64,000 nt of DNA from a candidate division FCPU426 bacterium (GCA_963738405.1 CAVTWJ010000004.1:1-64000); one strand, 5' to 3'; numbered from the stretch's first letter, positions 46,643 through 55,818 are shown. Numbers and translations: made by a program. Notes: generated from the letters alone by a model not told the origin.

Positions 46643-46838
46643 CTGTTAAACCGACCCTCAAAACTGTTAAACAAGTTCCGAAAACTGTTAAACAACACCA
46701 AAAAACTATTAAACTGCGCCAAAATTTCTGTTAAACAACCTCTAAAAACTGTTAAACTAGGCCTGATTTCTGTTAAACAGGCCTTTTTATTGGGTAAACA
46801 CCGTTCTTTTATCTGTTAAAATTTAATTTCTATTAAAC
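46643..46838 (+). repeat. ten phased CTGTTAAAC-like 9-mers with about 21-bp period
   Basis: Starts at 46643, 46664, 46685, 46706, 46728, 46749, 46770, 46791, 46813 and 46830. Confidence 0.92.
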
Positions 46839-46860
46839 AAACCCCCTTCCTGTTCATCGC

Positions 46861-48501
46861 ATGGAGGATATATTGGAAAAAAGCAACCTTAAGTCCCTGG
46901 CATGGCTGGATAAACTGTCCGCCTTCGCCGCTGAACGGGAAAAGAACCCCGACATCCCGCATGCCGAGCTGGCCAAGGCTCTGGGCCACGATAAGGCCAT
47001 GGTGTCTTTTCTGAGGTCCCTCAACAGTTGTTTTGATCCCGCCGCCGTGGAAAGGGTCCGGCAGGCCGCCCAAGGGCCCCACCCCTTTACCCTTTCCTTT
47101 AATAGCGCCTTGGAACTGGCCAAGCTGAACGGCAAGGTCCCCGACCTGCCGGGGGCGTTTCAGGACGCCCTGGAAGTGGTCCTTGCCCGCCATCTGGCCA
47201 AAAGGCATATCAAGAACCTGGTGGATTGGATTGCCAGCGGCAAACCGGCCAAGGATTTTGACCCTAAAAAGATCAAGGGAAATAAGCAGGATTCCGACGA
47301 ACCCGAAACCGACGAGGATGAGGGTGATGAGGAAGAACCCAAAGAGCAAACGGAAGATAAAAAGCAAAAGAAAGGGAAGGGTATCAGAAAGGCCCTTAAA
47401 CAGCTTCAAAAAGCAGGCGCTAAAGGCCTGTTTGTCGGCCTCAAATCCATGGCCGGTATGATCCACAGATACGTTCATGAAGCCGCCAAGACTACGGCGG
47501 GCTATTTTTGCCCCCTCCACTCACGTTCCAGCCGAAATCATGATTCCTCTACCAGGCCAAACCTCTTTAGGTTCCTGGGCCATTGGGGGCTCTACTGGTT
47601 TTGCGTCTTTTTTGCCTATAGCGGTATCGTCGGCCTCCTCAGTTACATCGGGCACTTTATCCCCTTCGTGGGCCCCTGGATCGACAGCGCCTGGGCGTTC
47701 CTGGTCCACCTGCTGATCCGCCTGCCCTTTTGGCTCTTGCGCCAGATATTTGCCAAGCCCTGGCTGGTTTTCATCCTTGGCGTGGCTTTGGTTTGGTGGA
47801 TTCACAAGGAATTCAAGGCCGGGTTATTGGCCACCCTTGTCGTCGCCGCCCTGTTGGCGGCGGGATGGATTTTTAGGGGAGTATGGGGGCCCTATCTGTC
47901 ATCGATTGTTTCAATTTCATCACCGAAGACCGTGGAAGTACCCGTCTCCACAAAGACCTCACAACCAGCCGTCCCAGCGGTTTCGGCGATCATTTCAAAG
48001 ATCGAGCCGAAGCTTACTGCAAAAAAGCCTAAAAAGCCCCTGTCTCCCGTAGCCTTGGCAAAGGGAGATAACTCGGGGGTCTTAGTTATTCCACCCGAGT
48101 CCCAGCCCAGGGTTCAGCAAGAATCGTTGTTCGTAAATGGCTTCATTGGTGATCTTTTCGGGCCCAGCTACCACGACCTTCAGGGTTGGATGGGGAATCT
48201 GCAAAGCGAAATCACGCCAGGCTATTGGGACCAGTTTGTTTACGAAAATTACCCGCCCGCCAAGATGCAGGAAATCCAAGACAAGAAATATTTGGTTTTC
48301 TTCAAACTCTCAGATCCCGTGAAATGCGTGAGGGCGGACGTGTTATTGGACGAGTTTCAGGTGGAAGGGGTGGTGACCACCAAAAGCGACCTGCATTATC
48401 AGGGGGAGGTGGTTTCCACCGTGCCCGTGACCGTAATTGTGGATGTGCGCCAGGGCCTGAAGGGCCTGGAAGTTTGCAAGGTTGATAGAGTCCGACCATG
48501 A
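46861..48501 (+). CDS. hypothetical protein: N-terminal HTH-like region, membrane block, C-terminal extracytoplasmic domain
   Basis: HAELAKALGHDKAMVS HTH-like segment; Trp/Phe-rich TM block around aa 235-345. Confidence 0.7.
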   Translation: MEDILEKSNLKSLAWLDKLSAFAAEREKNPDIPHAELAKALGHDKAMVSFLRSLNSCFDPAAVERVRQAAQGPHPFTLSFNSALELAKLNGKVPDLPGAFQDALEVVLARHLAKRHIKNLVDWIASGKPAKDFDPKKIKGNKQDSDEPETDEDEGDEEEPKEQTEDKKQKKGKGIRKALKQLQKAGAKGLFVGLKSMAGMIHRYVHEAAKTTAGYFCPLHSRSSRNHDSSTRPNLFRFLGHWGLYWFCVFFAYSGIVGLLSYIGHFIPFVGPWIDSAWAFLVHLLIRLPFWLLRQIFAKPWLVFILGVALVWWIHKEFKAGLLATLVVAALLAAGWIFRGVWGPYLSSIVSISSPKTVEVPVSTKTSQPAVPAVSAIISKIEPKLTAKKPKKPLSPVALAKGDNSGVLVIPPESQPRVQQESLFVNGFIGDLFGPSYHDLQGWMGNLQSEITPGYWDQFVYENYPPAKMQEIQDKKYLVFFKLSDPVKCVRADVLLDEFQVEGVVTTKSDLHYQGEVVSTVPVTVIVDVRQGLKGLEVCKVDRVRP

Positions 48502-48577
48502 AAGGCCGGAGTTAATTATTGGGCGGGGATATAATCCTAAAGTGAATCATATCTCCTGTGATTTTAGCTTAAGGTGT

Positions 48578-48605
48578 TGTCCACGATGGGGAGCCATCGT
48601 GGACA
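48578..48605 (+). repeat. 28-bp palindromic site
   Basis: TGTCCACGATG GGGAGC CATCGTGGACA. Confidence 0.93.
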
Positions 48606-48714
48606 AAGAAAAACGCTTGTAATACTGTTTTGATACGGTTGGCCTTGTCCTGTTTTTATGACAGAAATTGAGTCGGTGGCCAACTCTTTAGATTAATTAT
48701 TATGAGGCTGATGG

Positions 48715-49587
48715 ATGACCGAAGCACCTTTGGCGGAAAAAATTGAATTCGTCCGGTCCGAGGACCTTGCGGGCATTGAAATATTGCGGGCCGACAATAC
48801 CAAGCATTGTTTCCGGTGGTTTCACCAGACCTACTCCGTCAATACGCCTTTGAATTACCAAGCCCCCGATTACCACCAATTCAAGTATCGCGGGAAAAGC
48901 TTCACGGGGTTTCCGGGAGAGACCATGATGCTCGAACCCGGGGAAATCCACAGCGCCACTTACTTATCGAACCCGGTTACTTTTCGGGTCATCATGATTC
49001 CACCCGTAATCCTCGAACAATGCGCCTTGGAATTGGACGTCCGGGGTTCCAGGCCCCATTTAAAAACAGCGCTCTCGGACGATTCGGTTCTCTTTAAGGC
49101 CTTCCGGAATCTTCACGCCAGCATCGAAACGGATTGCACGGCCTTGGAACGTCAGTCCCGTTTTGTCTATTGCGTCAGGCATCTATTGAGGGCGGCGGCG
49201 GAAATAATTCCGAAACCCCCTCCCGCCGAAAGAAGTTTAAAGAAGGTTAAGAAGGCGGTGGAATTCTTGAAAACCCATTGGGCCGAAAATATTACACTCG
49301 ACCAACTCGTCAAGGTCGTGGGTCTTAACCGATTTTATCTCTCCCGGGTTTTCACCCGGGAAATGGGAATTCCTCCGCATGCCTTCCAGATTCAATTGCG
49401 GATTGCCCGGGTCCGGGAATTCTTGAAAATGGGCGTTCCTATTTCCGAAATCGCCCTCGCTGCGGGTTTTACCGACCAATCCCATATGGACCGCCATTTC
49501 AAGAAAATTACGGGGACAACGCCCGCCCGTTATGCCGGACTAAGATTGAAGACAAAGACCAGGGCAATAACGTCCTATAGTTTGTAA
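48715..49587 (+). CDS. AraC family regulator
   Basis: PGEIH cupin region; IALAAGFTDQSHMDRHFKK..G.TP..Y. Confidence 0.93.
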   Translation: MTEAPLAEKIEFVRSEDLAGIEILRADNTKHCFRWFHQTYSVNTPLNYQAPDYHQFKYRGKSFTGFPGETMMLEPGEIHSATYLSNPVTFRVIMIPPVILEQCALELDVRGSRPHLKTALSDDSVLFKAFRNLHASIETDCTALERQSRFVYCVRHLLRAAAEIIPKPPPAERSLKKVKKAVEFLKTHWAENITLDQLVKVVGLNRFYLSRVFTREMGIPPHAFQIQLRIARVREFLKMGVPISEIALAAGFTDQSHMDRHFKKITGTTPARYAGLRLKTKTRAITSYSL

Positions 49588-49649
49588 ATCCTTCTCCCTA
49601 GACTTCCAATGTCTCCAGTTAAAACGGAATTTTTGAGTGAGGGGTTATC

Positions 49650-52385
49650 ATGAAGAATCAGTCCTTGTTGATTACGATCGGGCTTTTGTTTTTTGCAGCT
49701 TGCTTCTATATTTCCTGCGGAAGCGGCAGTCCCACGGCGCCGGCCCCCACCCCCGTTCCCGTGCCCACCGATACCCCTTGCGGTTATCCGGGCAATACCT
49801 GCACAGTGACCTCCACCTTTACCTCGACCGATACGCCTACCTCGACCCATACGGCCACGACCACTTATTCGCCCACCCAAACCAATACCCCGACCCAAAC
49901 CTTCACCTGGACGGTCACGAAAACCCCGACGGACACCTTTACGTCAACTTCCACCTTTACGATAACGGATACACCGACAATAACGGATACACCCACCCAC
50001 ACCCACACCTACACCTTCACCTTCAGCCCCACGGAAACCAGGACTTCGACGGAAACCTTCACACCGTCCGATACCCCTACGATTACGGATACCCCCACCG
50101 TATCCAACACGCCCACCGTGACCAATACCCTGACCAGTACTACCACGCCCACTGTCACGAACACGGTGACCTGCACGAACACCCCGACCAACACTTCCCA
50201 ATATTCCTCTACCTATACACCCACGATCACTCGCACGGCCACGATCACCTTAAGTCCCACCAATACCTCCACGTCCACGCCAGTGGGTATTTTCGTCAGC
50301 GGTTCGGTGACCTACACGGGGGCGGGAACCGTCTCGTCGGCCAACCCCATCGTGATTATCGCCTCCAATCCCCTGGCAACGAACGGGATGCCCGAAACGG
50401 TTATCACCACAAACGGAGGCTCTTATTCTTTCGCGGTGACCGGTGGGAATAATTCCATCGTCTGCTGGTACTCGAACAAAGCGCCGCTCAATTGCCTGAC
50501 GAATGGCGGGGCCCCAGAGCAGGGGAATTACATGGGCTGGTACAACGGGGGCGCCCAGCCAGTCACGATCAATATCACTTCCAGTACTTCCAACATCAAC
50601 GTCACGATTGGTTCGGGCAGCGCCCTCCAGGGGGTTGCCGGGCCGGTGAGTTACCTGGGATTGAACAGCGTCGATAACAACCACCCGGTGATCGTGGAAC
50701 TCTTCAAGGACAGCGGCTACAGCACCCTGGACCAGTCGATGGGCCCGGGCGAGGAAGAGTTCAGCTGTGCCCATTCGACTTACAACTTCGCCTCCAGCAA
50801 CAACGGGTCGACCGAATACCTGCTGGCTTTCCAGGACAACGCGGGTACGGGCCGCGTGAACGCCGCCAGTCAGGTTCCCGGCGGGGACCCGATGGTTTTG
50901 GCCGGATCCGTGGTGATTGGTACCTCAACGACCAAGAATATCGCTTTTCCCACTTCCACGCCGACCATGACGGTCACCTCCACCCCGATCCCCGCCCCCT
51001 ACGTCTTCAAGGGAACGATCCATTACACCGGCGCAAAAAGCACTGCGGGCCAATACCTATTGATGATGGCCACCACCTGCATCAGCTGCGGCGGCAACGA
51101 TATGGTCACTTGGTCCACCCCGGGAACCTCGAGCGCGGTTTCCTATACCCTCAACCTGCCCTCCACCGGCAGTTACGTGGTCATGGGCATGTTGTCCAAT
51201 GATCCGGTCATGAACGGGCCGCCGCCGGTGGGCGCGCCTTACGGATTCTACGGAACAGGCACTGTTTGTTTGGGAGGAACACCCACGACCCTGGCCGTGA
51301 ACGGGCCTACCACGCAGACTGCCAACATGTCTTTTGGGGACAGCTGCGAACTGAATGGTGTTTCGGGGACCATCAGCTACACCGGCGCGGGCTCAGTGGG
51401 CAGTAATGGTAACTCGCTGTATGTGACGGCTTATACGGATTCAAGCTACTCGACTCAGATTTCGGGACCCGGAAACAACTCCGTGACGGTGAATGGGGGC
51501 ACTTATAACGTGATCAACACCGGCGGCGCCCCCACTACCGTCTATCTCCAGGCTTATTACGGGTCCGACAATAACAACGCCCCGGCAACCTGTGACGCGG
51601 TGACCAATTTAGGCCCGGTGGCCTTCAACACCACCACGACCACCAAAAATATCACGCTTTCCGACGCCTTCCTCTACAACTGCACGAACACCCTCTCGGG
51701 CACCGTCAATTGGACAGGGGCCGGCACGGTCAACACGTCCGATCCCATCGTCGTGCATGCCGTCCTTTGCCCCAGCGGGGATTGCAACAACCAAACGAAC
51801 TACTCTTGCGCAGTGACCCAAAACGGCGGGAACTATTTCGTGGGTTTTCCCGCAGCGGGATCCGTTTACGTTTCTGAGGAATACGTGGCCACGGGAAGGA
51901 TTTGGAACAATTGGGATTACAACATCGGAAGCTACGCCGAAAATGCCGATGGAACTTGTTCCATCGAGACCGGCAATAATGGAAACCCCGTCATCGTCAG
52001 CGGAGCCGCCGTTTCAAACCTGAGTTTCGGTTCCAGTTGTGGACAACTCCAGGGTTATACCGGAACCGTGACCTATAACGGTTCCAAGGGCGCCCCGACT
52101 TGCAATGGAAACCCCGGACGCCAAATTTGGGTCTCGGCCACGTATGGAAACAGTAAAAACGAGTTTTCCTATTGGGATACTAGCGTATGCAATAACGGTG
52201 ACACCTATAAGATCATCTATGGAACAACGAGCGCGAGTCTATATTTGAGGGTCTGGTTTGATGACCAGGGTACGGGTGACCACCAGCCGCAGACCGGCGA
52301 GTCTGGGACCGTAGTGGGTCCCTACGTTACGAGCACCAACCCAACCTCTATCAACATTTCCTTTGATGATTCCCAAACCTGGTAA
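49650..52385 (+). CDS. large surface lipoprotein with Thr/Pro stalk and repeated Cys-containing beta domains
   Basis: Lipobox-like YISC; TPT repeats; recurring SG(T/S)V.YTG.G.V units. Confidence 0.85.
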   Translation: MKNQSLLITIGLLFFAACFYISCGSGSPTAPAPTPVPVPTDTPCGYPGNTCTVTSTFTSTDTPTSTHTATTTYSPTQTNTPTQTFTWTVTKTPTDTFTSTSTFTITDTPTITDTPTHTHTYTFTFSPTETRTSTETFTPSDTPTITDTPTVSNTPTVTNTLTSTTTPTVTNTVTCTNTPTNTSQYSSTYTPTITRTATITLSPTNTSTSTPVGIFVSGSVTYTGAGTVSSANPIVIIASNPLATNGMPETVITTNGGSYSFAVTGGNNSIVCWYSNKAPLNCLTNGGAPEQGNYMGWYNGGAQPVTINITSSTSNINVTIGSGSALQGVAGPVSYLGLNSVDNNHPVIVELFKDSGYSTLDQSMGPGEEEFSCAHSTYNFASSNNGSTEYLLAFQDNAGTGRVNAASQVPGGDPMVLAGSVVIGTSTTKNIAFPTSTPTMTVTSTPIPAPYVFKGTIHYTGAKSTAGQYLLMMATTCISCGGNDMVTWSTPGTSSAVSYTLNLPSTGSYVVMGMLSNDPVMNGPPPVGAPYGFYGTGTVCLGGTPTTLAVNGPTTQTANMSFGDSCELNGVSGTISYTGAGSVGSNGNSLYVTAYTDSSYSTQISGPGNNSVTVNGGTYNVINTGGAPTTVYLQAYYGSDNNNAPATCDAVTNLGPVAFNTTTTTKNITLSDAFLYNCTNTLSGTVNWTGAGTVNTSDPIVVHAVLCPSGDCNNQTNYSCAVTQNGGNYFVGFPAAGSVYVSEEYVATGRIWNNWDYNIGSYAENADGTCSIETGNNGNPVIVSGAAVSNLSFGSSCGQLQGYTGTVTYNGSKGAPTCNGNPGRQIWVSATYGNSKNEFSYWDTSVCNNGDTYKIIYGTTSASLYLRVWFDDQGTGDHQPQTGESGTVVGPYVTSTNPTSINISFDDSQTW

Positions 52386-52396
52386 AAGCTTTTGGC

Positions 52397-52434
52397 AAAA
52401 AGGCCCGTCCCTTCATTGGGACGGGCCTTTTTTT
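52397..52434. terminator. bidirectional intrinsic terminator
   Basis: AAAAAGGCCCGTCCC-ttcatt-GGGACGGGCCTTTTTTT. Confidence 0.9.
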
Positions 52435-52690
52435 ATTTGGAGTGGGCGTCAAGGAACCAGTCGCCGGAAAATATCATGGTTGTATATAGGTGATATACTG
52501 GCCGCATTGAAAAACCCGGCAGTTGAAACGGGATATTAACGGCAGGGCGTTATTGAACGGGATGGTTATCGATGGAACCTGAAGTCCAATAATAAAAAAA
52601 CCGGGTCTGGTCCCACGCTCTCCAGCGTGGAACAGGGCTCAATTCACCGCAGAATTGAGCAGGGATTAACCATTATTAGTACGAGTTAGG

Positions 52691-52718
52691 TGTTCACGAT
52701 GGGGACCCGTCGTGGACA
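52691..52718 (+). repeat. 28-bp palindromic site
   Basis: TGTTCACGATG GGGACC CGTCGTGGACA. Confidence 0.93.
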
Positions 52719-52758
52719 GGTAACATGGATTGGGAAACATTGAAAGAGGATGTGAAGT

Positions 52759-53163
52759 TTGGCAAAAAATGAAAAAATCCAAATATTATTATTCCCTTTT
52801 CTGTTCCTTGGGTTAATGATTATTTTTCCATATATAAGTTTTGGATTTAATAAATGGCTTGGGAGAAATTTAGGGAATTTTTTATTTTTTCTACCGCAAT
52901 ATGTATTTCCATATGACGGGTATTTCAGAAGTGGCCCGTTTGATGAAACTGCCCACTTAAGTCTTCATCCGCTTGGTTTGCCAGGATGGATTGCATCGTT
53001 GATTCATTGGACGATTGTCATTTTTATTTATTATTGGCTTACTCGAAAATTATCCTTTGGAAAATCACTTCTAATGTTTTGCTTTTTGGCTATTTCATCA
53101 TTAGTAATTGTCTATTTTTCATTGGGGGTTTTTGGATGGAATTTCAGCATTGATGGACCATAA
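52759..53163 (+). CDS. AT-rich membrane protein (cassette 1)
   Basis: Three hydrophobic segments; fills the interval between two sites. Confidence 0.7.
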   Translation: MAKNEKIQILLFPFLFLGLMIIFPYISFGFNKWLGRNLGNFLFFLPQYVFPYDGYFRSGPFDETAHLSLHPLGLPGWIASLIHWTIVIFIYYWLTRKLSFGKSLLMFCFLAISSLVIVYFSLGVFGWNFSIDGP

Positions 53164-53177
53164 AAAAGGAATTCTCT

Positions 53178-53205
53178 TGTCCACGACGGGGACCCGTCGT
53201 GGACA
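53178..53205 (+). repeat. 28-bp palindromic site (consensus)
   Basis: TGTCCACGACG GGGACC CGTCGTGGACA. Confidence 0.95.
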
Positions 53206-53248
53206 AAGAAAAAAGGCGTAAAGTGTTATCGGCAATAGGAGATCGAAA

Positions 53249-53584
53249 ATGGATCGCAAAATAATCGCCGAAGTTATATTCGCATTTTTAGGAGTATGGA
53301 TGATCGCCCTCCCTTCATTCTTTTTAAAGTTCCTCGCAAAGGGGGCACAGTTTAATTATGAAAATTTAAAATCAAATTTAGATAGGATTAAAAGGGAAGG
53401 GCCGGCAAATCTGAACGAAAAATTAGCGACGAAATTTGGTCCCAACATCTTTCAAAAAATCTCGATGAATAAGGATGTTTATAAACCCCCGACGGAAACA
53501 CAAAAGTGGTTAATGAGATCATTGGGGATATTATTCGTTTGCATATCTCTTGGCGTTTTATTCAATCTGATTGGGGTTAGATGA
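53249..53584 (+). CDS. AT-rich two-TM protein (cassette 2)
   Basis: AGGAG RBS; hydrophobic termini. Confidence 0.75.
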   Translation: MDRKIIAEVIFAFLGVWMIALPSFFLKFLAKGAQFNYENLKSNLDRIKREGPANLNEKLATKFGPNIFQKISMNKDVYKPPTETQKWLMRSLGILFVCISLGVLFNLIGVR

Positions 53585-53648
53585 AACATTGTTAATTTTT
53601 CTCTCCAGTTTCTTAACCGATTTGAGGACCGTTTGGTTGAAGCTTGTT

Positions 53649-53676
53649 TGTCCACGACGGGGACCCATCGTGGACA
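53649..53676 (+). repeat. 28-bp palindromic site
   Basis: TGTCCACGACG GGGACC CATCGTGGACA. Confidence 0.95.
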
Positions 53677-53733
53677 GAAAAATAAAGTGTAAGTATTTCA
53701 TTTGGACGGTATTACGGGAAAAAGGATTAGAAT

Positions 53734-54267
53734 TTGGAAACTAAAACGGAAATAAATCCAAACGAATTTAGAACACTTTACCGTCCCCGTTTTGCTGATT
53801 GGCTCATTGCTTGTCTTTTTTTCTTAACTTTTGGTTTGGGACTTCCATCTATGTTGGTTGAAAAAAGTTTGGATGTTTGGGGAAAGAACATTTTATCTTT
53901 GGATTCGATTGAAAGGTTTTTTGGGTGCGTTGTAGTAATCGGAATGGAAATAATTTTATTGAAAGAATGTTTAAAATCTTGGCTTTCTGAAGTTAGTGTT
54001 AATTCTATGAGACTAAAATTAAAAATTCTTTCTTTTGAAAAAATAATTGAATGGAAAACTCTTCATTCTATTTCTCTTTCGCCCAATAGCTGGGGAACAG
54101 TTGATTTGTATTTGTTTTTTCCAAATAAAAAGAAAATTAGGTTTTGGTCGGCCTTTGGTCCTGCAAGTAGATTTATCTACCAAGGTATAAAAGAATTCAG
54201 ACCTGATCTGATTGATGAACTGAAAAAGCAGGGGAAAATGCATGAGTATAAAGGTGTATTTATTTAA
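53734..54267 (+). CDS. AT-rich membrane protein, possibly two TM plus a PH-like domain (cassette 3)
   Basis: Two TM segments then KIIEWKTLHSI. Confidence 0.7.
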   Translation: METKTEINPNEFRTLYRPRFADWLIACLFFLTFGLGLPSMLVEKSLDVWGKNILSLDSIERFFGCVVVIGMEIILLKECLKSWLSEVSVNSMRLKLKILSFEKIIEWKTLHSISLSPNSWGTVDLYLFFPNKKKIRFWSAFGPASRFIYQGIKEFRPDLIDELKKQGKMHEYKGVFI

Positions 54268-54282
54268 ACCAGATACTTAACC

Positions 54283-54310
54283 TGTCCACGACGGGGACCC
54301 GTCGTGGACA
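54283..54310 (+). repeat. 28-bp palindromic site (consensus)
   Basis: Exact match to 53178-53205. Confidence 0.95.
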
Positions 54311-54420
54311 GTCAGTACCACTGACTGTCTTATTCGAAAATGTTTCCCCGGAACTTTCTAGCTTTCTCAAAAAATTTTAGGGGAATGATAAACCTGTACT
54401 TACCTGGTAAAGTTACCCCC

Positions 54421-54448
54421 TGTCCGCAAAAGGAACCCGTTGTGAACA
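54421..54448 (+). repeat. degenerate 28-bp site
   Basis: TGTCCGCAAAA GGAACC CGTTGTGAACA followed by the usual AAGAAAA. Confidence 0.7.
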
Positions 54449-54479
54449 AAGAAAATGCCGATAAGGAGCCTTCCAAACC

Positions 54480-54803
54480 ATGACTTCGCGCCCGCCCCTT
54501 TTGATTGTGCTCTGCTTCCTAGGACTCGTTGGTTGTTTTCTGAACATGATGATGGTTTTATCCCCGCCTGTGCGCGAGATCGCGCCCTGGTTTCCAGGCT
54601 ACCTATCGGCAGCGACGGCCCTAGCGGCCGCCTGCCTGGGGGGACTGTGGTTTCTCAAACGTTGGGCCCTATGGGGATATACCTTTTATTTTCTGGCCCA
54701 GCAATCCGTCTTTCTTTTGCTTCATCGCTGGGATGCCCATGCCTTGATCCTTCCCTTGGCCGTGACGGCTACGGCCTGGGCCTATTCAAAGAATATGAAG
54801 TGA
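54480..54803 (+). CDS. small four-TM membrane protein
   Basis: AAGGAG upstream; hydrophobic throughout. Confidence 0.7.
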   Translation: MTSRPPLLIVLCFLGLVGCFLNMMMVLSPPVREIAPWFPGYLSAATALAAACLGGLWFLKRWALWGYTFYFLAQQSVFLLLHRWDAHALILPLAVTATAWAYSKNMK

Positions 54804-54813
54804 GCGTTTAAAC

Positions 54814-55818
54814 TTGGCTGCCTTCCTCCCTTTTCGGGGAACCCTCCATCCGCGCGGCTCCTTTGATTTGAATCTCACCCTTCTTTGCGGACAATGTTTC
54901 CGCTGGAAAAAATCAGCCGAGCCCGGGGTTTTGGAGGGGGTGGCCGGTGGGGCCTATTGGCGGCTTCGCCAGGAGGACTTGGTTATTCACTGGGAGTGCT
55001 CATCCCACGAAGTGAAAAAGGTACCGCCATCCGATTGGATTGCCGACTACCTGAATCTGGGCCAGGATCTGTCCGATTTTGAGAAAAATTTTCAGGATCA
55101 CCCCATCCTTTCCTTGCCCCTGCGACAGTTGGGAGGTTTGCGCTTGGTGAGACAGGAACCCTGGGAATGCGCCGTTTCTTATCTTTTTGCTCAAAGCCTT
55201 TCCGTCAAGGTGATTCAAAAGGCGCTGGATCGGTTTTGCGCGAAATTTGGAACAGAAATCTCCGAGGCGCCGGGCGCTTTTGCTTTTCCCGAACCGCGGG
55301 AAGTGAGCCTGTTAAACCCCGGGGAGCTCCGGCCCTACGCCAACAACAACCGGGCCCGGGCGGAACGGATCGTGAAATTGGCCCGGACCTTGGAATCCAG
55401 GGTTCTGACCCTGGAGCACCTGAAAACCATACCCTGCGATGAGGCGAGGGAAGCCTTGACGGGATTGGAAGGCATTGGGCCCAAAATCGCCGATTGCATC
55501 CTTCTCTTTTCGCTGGACCATGGTTCGGCCTTTCCGGTGGATCGCTGGGTCTTGAGGGCCCTGAAACAACATTTTCCAGGGGTACGGTTTCTTCAGGCGG
55601 TCGGCTTGAATCCAACCCCCGCCCAATATCCCCGATTAGTCCAAAAGGCCCGAGCGGTCTTCGGCCCATGGTGCGGTTTGGCGAGCGAATATCTTTTTTT
55701 ATATTTCAGGCTTTTGGAAGATCCGGCTCTGCGATTGGAACTGGGAAAAGAATTGGTGAGTCCCTTTTCAACCGTTATAGGGTTCAAGACTAAAAGGAAG
55801 GCTTTCAAAAAAGCCTGA
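54814..55818 (+). CDS. 8-oxoguanine DNA glycosylase (OGG1-like, HhH-GPD)
   Basis: TL.CGQCFRW, RQEPWE, GIGPKIADCILLF, FPVD.WV. Confidence 0.9.
   Translation: MAAFLPFRGTLHPRGSFDLNLTLLCGQCFRWKKSAEPGVLEGVAGGAYWRLRQEDLVIHWECSSHEVKKVPPSDWIADYLNLGQDLSDFEKNFQDHPILSLPLRQLGGLRLVRQEPWECAVSYLFAQSLSVKVIQKALDRFCAKFGTEISEAPGAFAFPEPREVSLLNPGELRPYANNNRARAERIVKLARTLESRVLTLEHLKTIPCDEAREALTGLEGIGPKIADCILLFSLDHGSAFPVDRWVLRALKQHFPGVRFLQAVGLNPTPAQYPRLVQKARAVFGPWCGLASEYLFLYFRLLEDPALRLELGKELVSPFSTVIGFKTKRKAFKKA

Noticed and set aside
46642..46733. Heptapeptide reading (TVKQVPK…) of the phased array
   Set aside because: No start or RBS, and the 22-bp steps shift the frame into a stop.
49637..50452. 271-aa His/Tyr-rich ORF
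   Set aside because: Alternative frame of the Thr/Pro-coding tract of the lipoprotein.
52691..54448. Classical attC sites or CRISPR repeats
   Set aside because: Too short for attC and without RYYYAAC/GTTRRRY cores; the intervals are whole genes.
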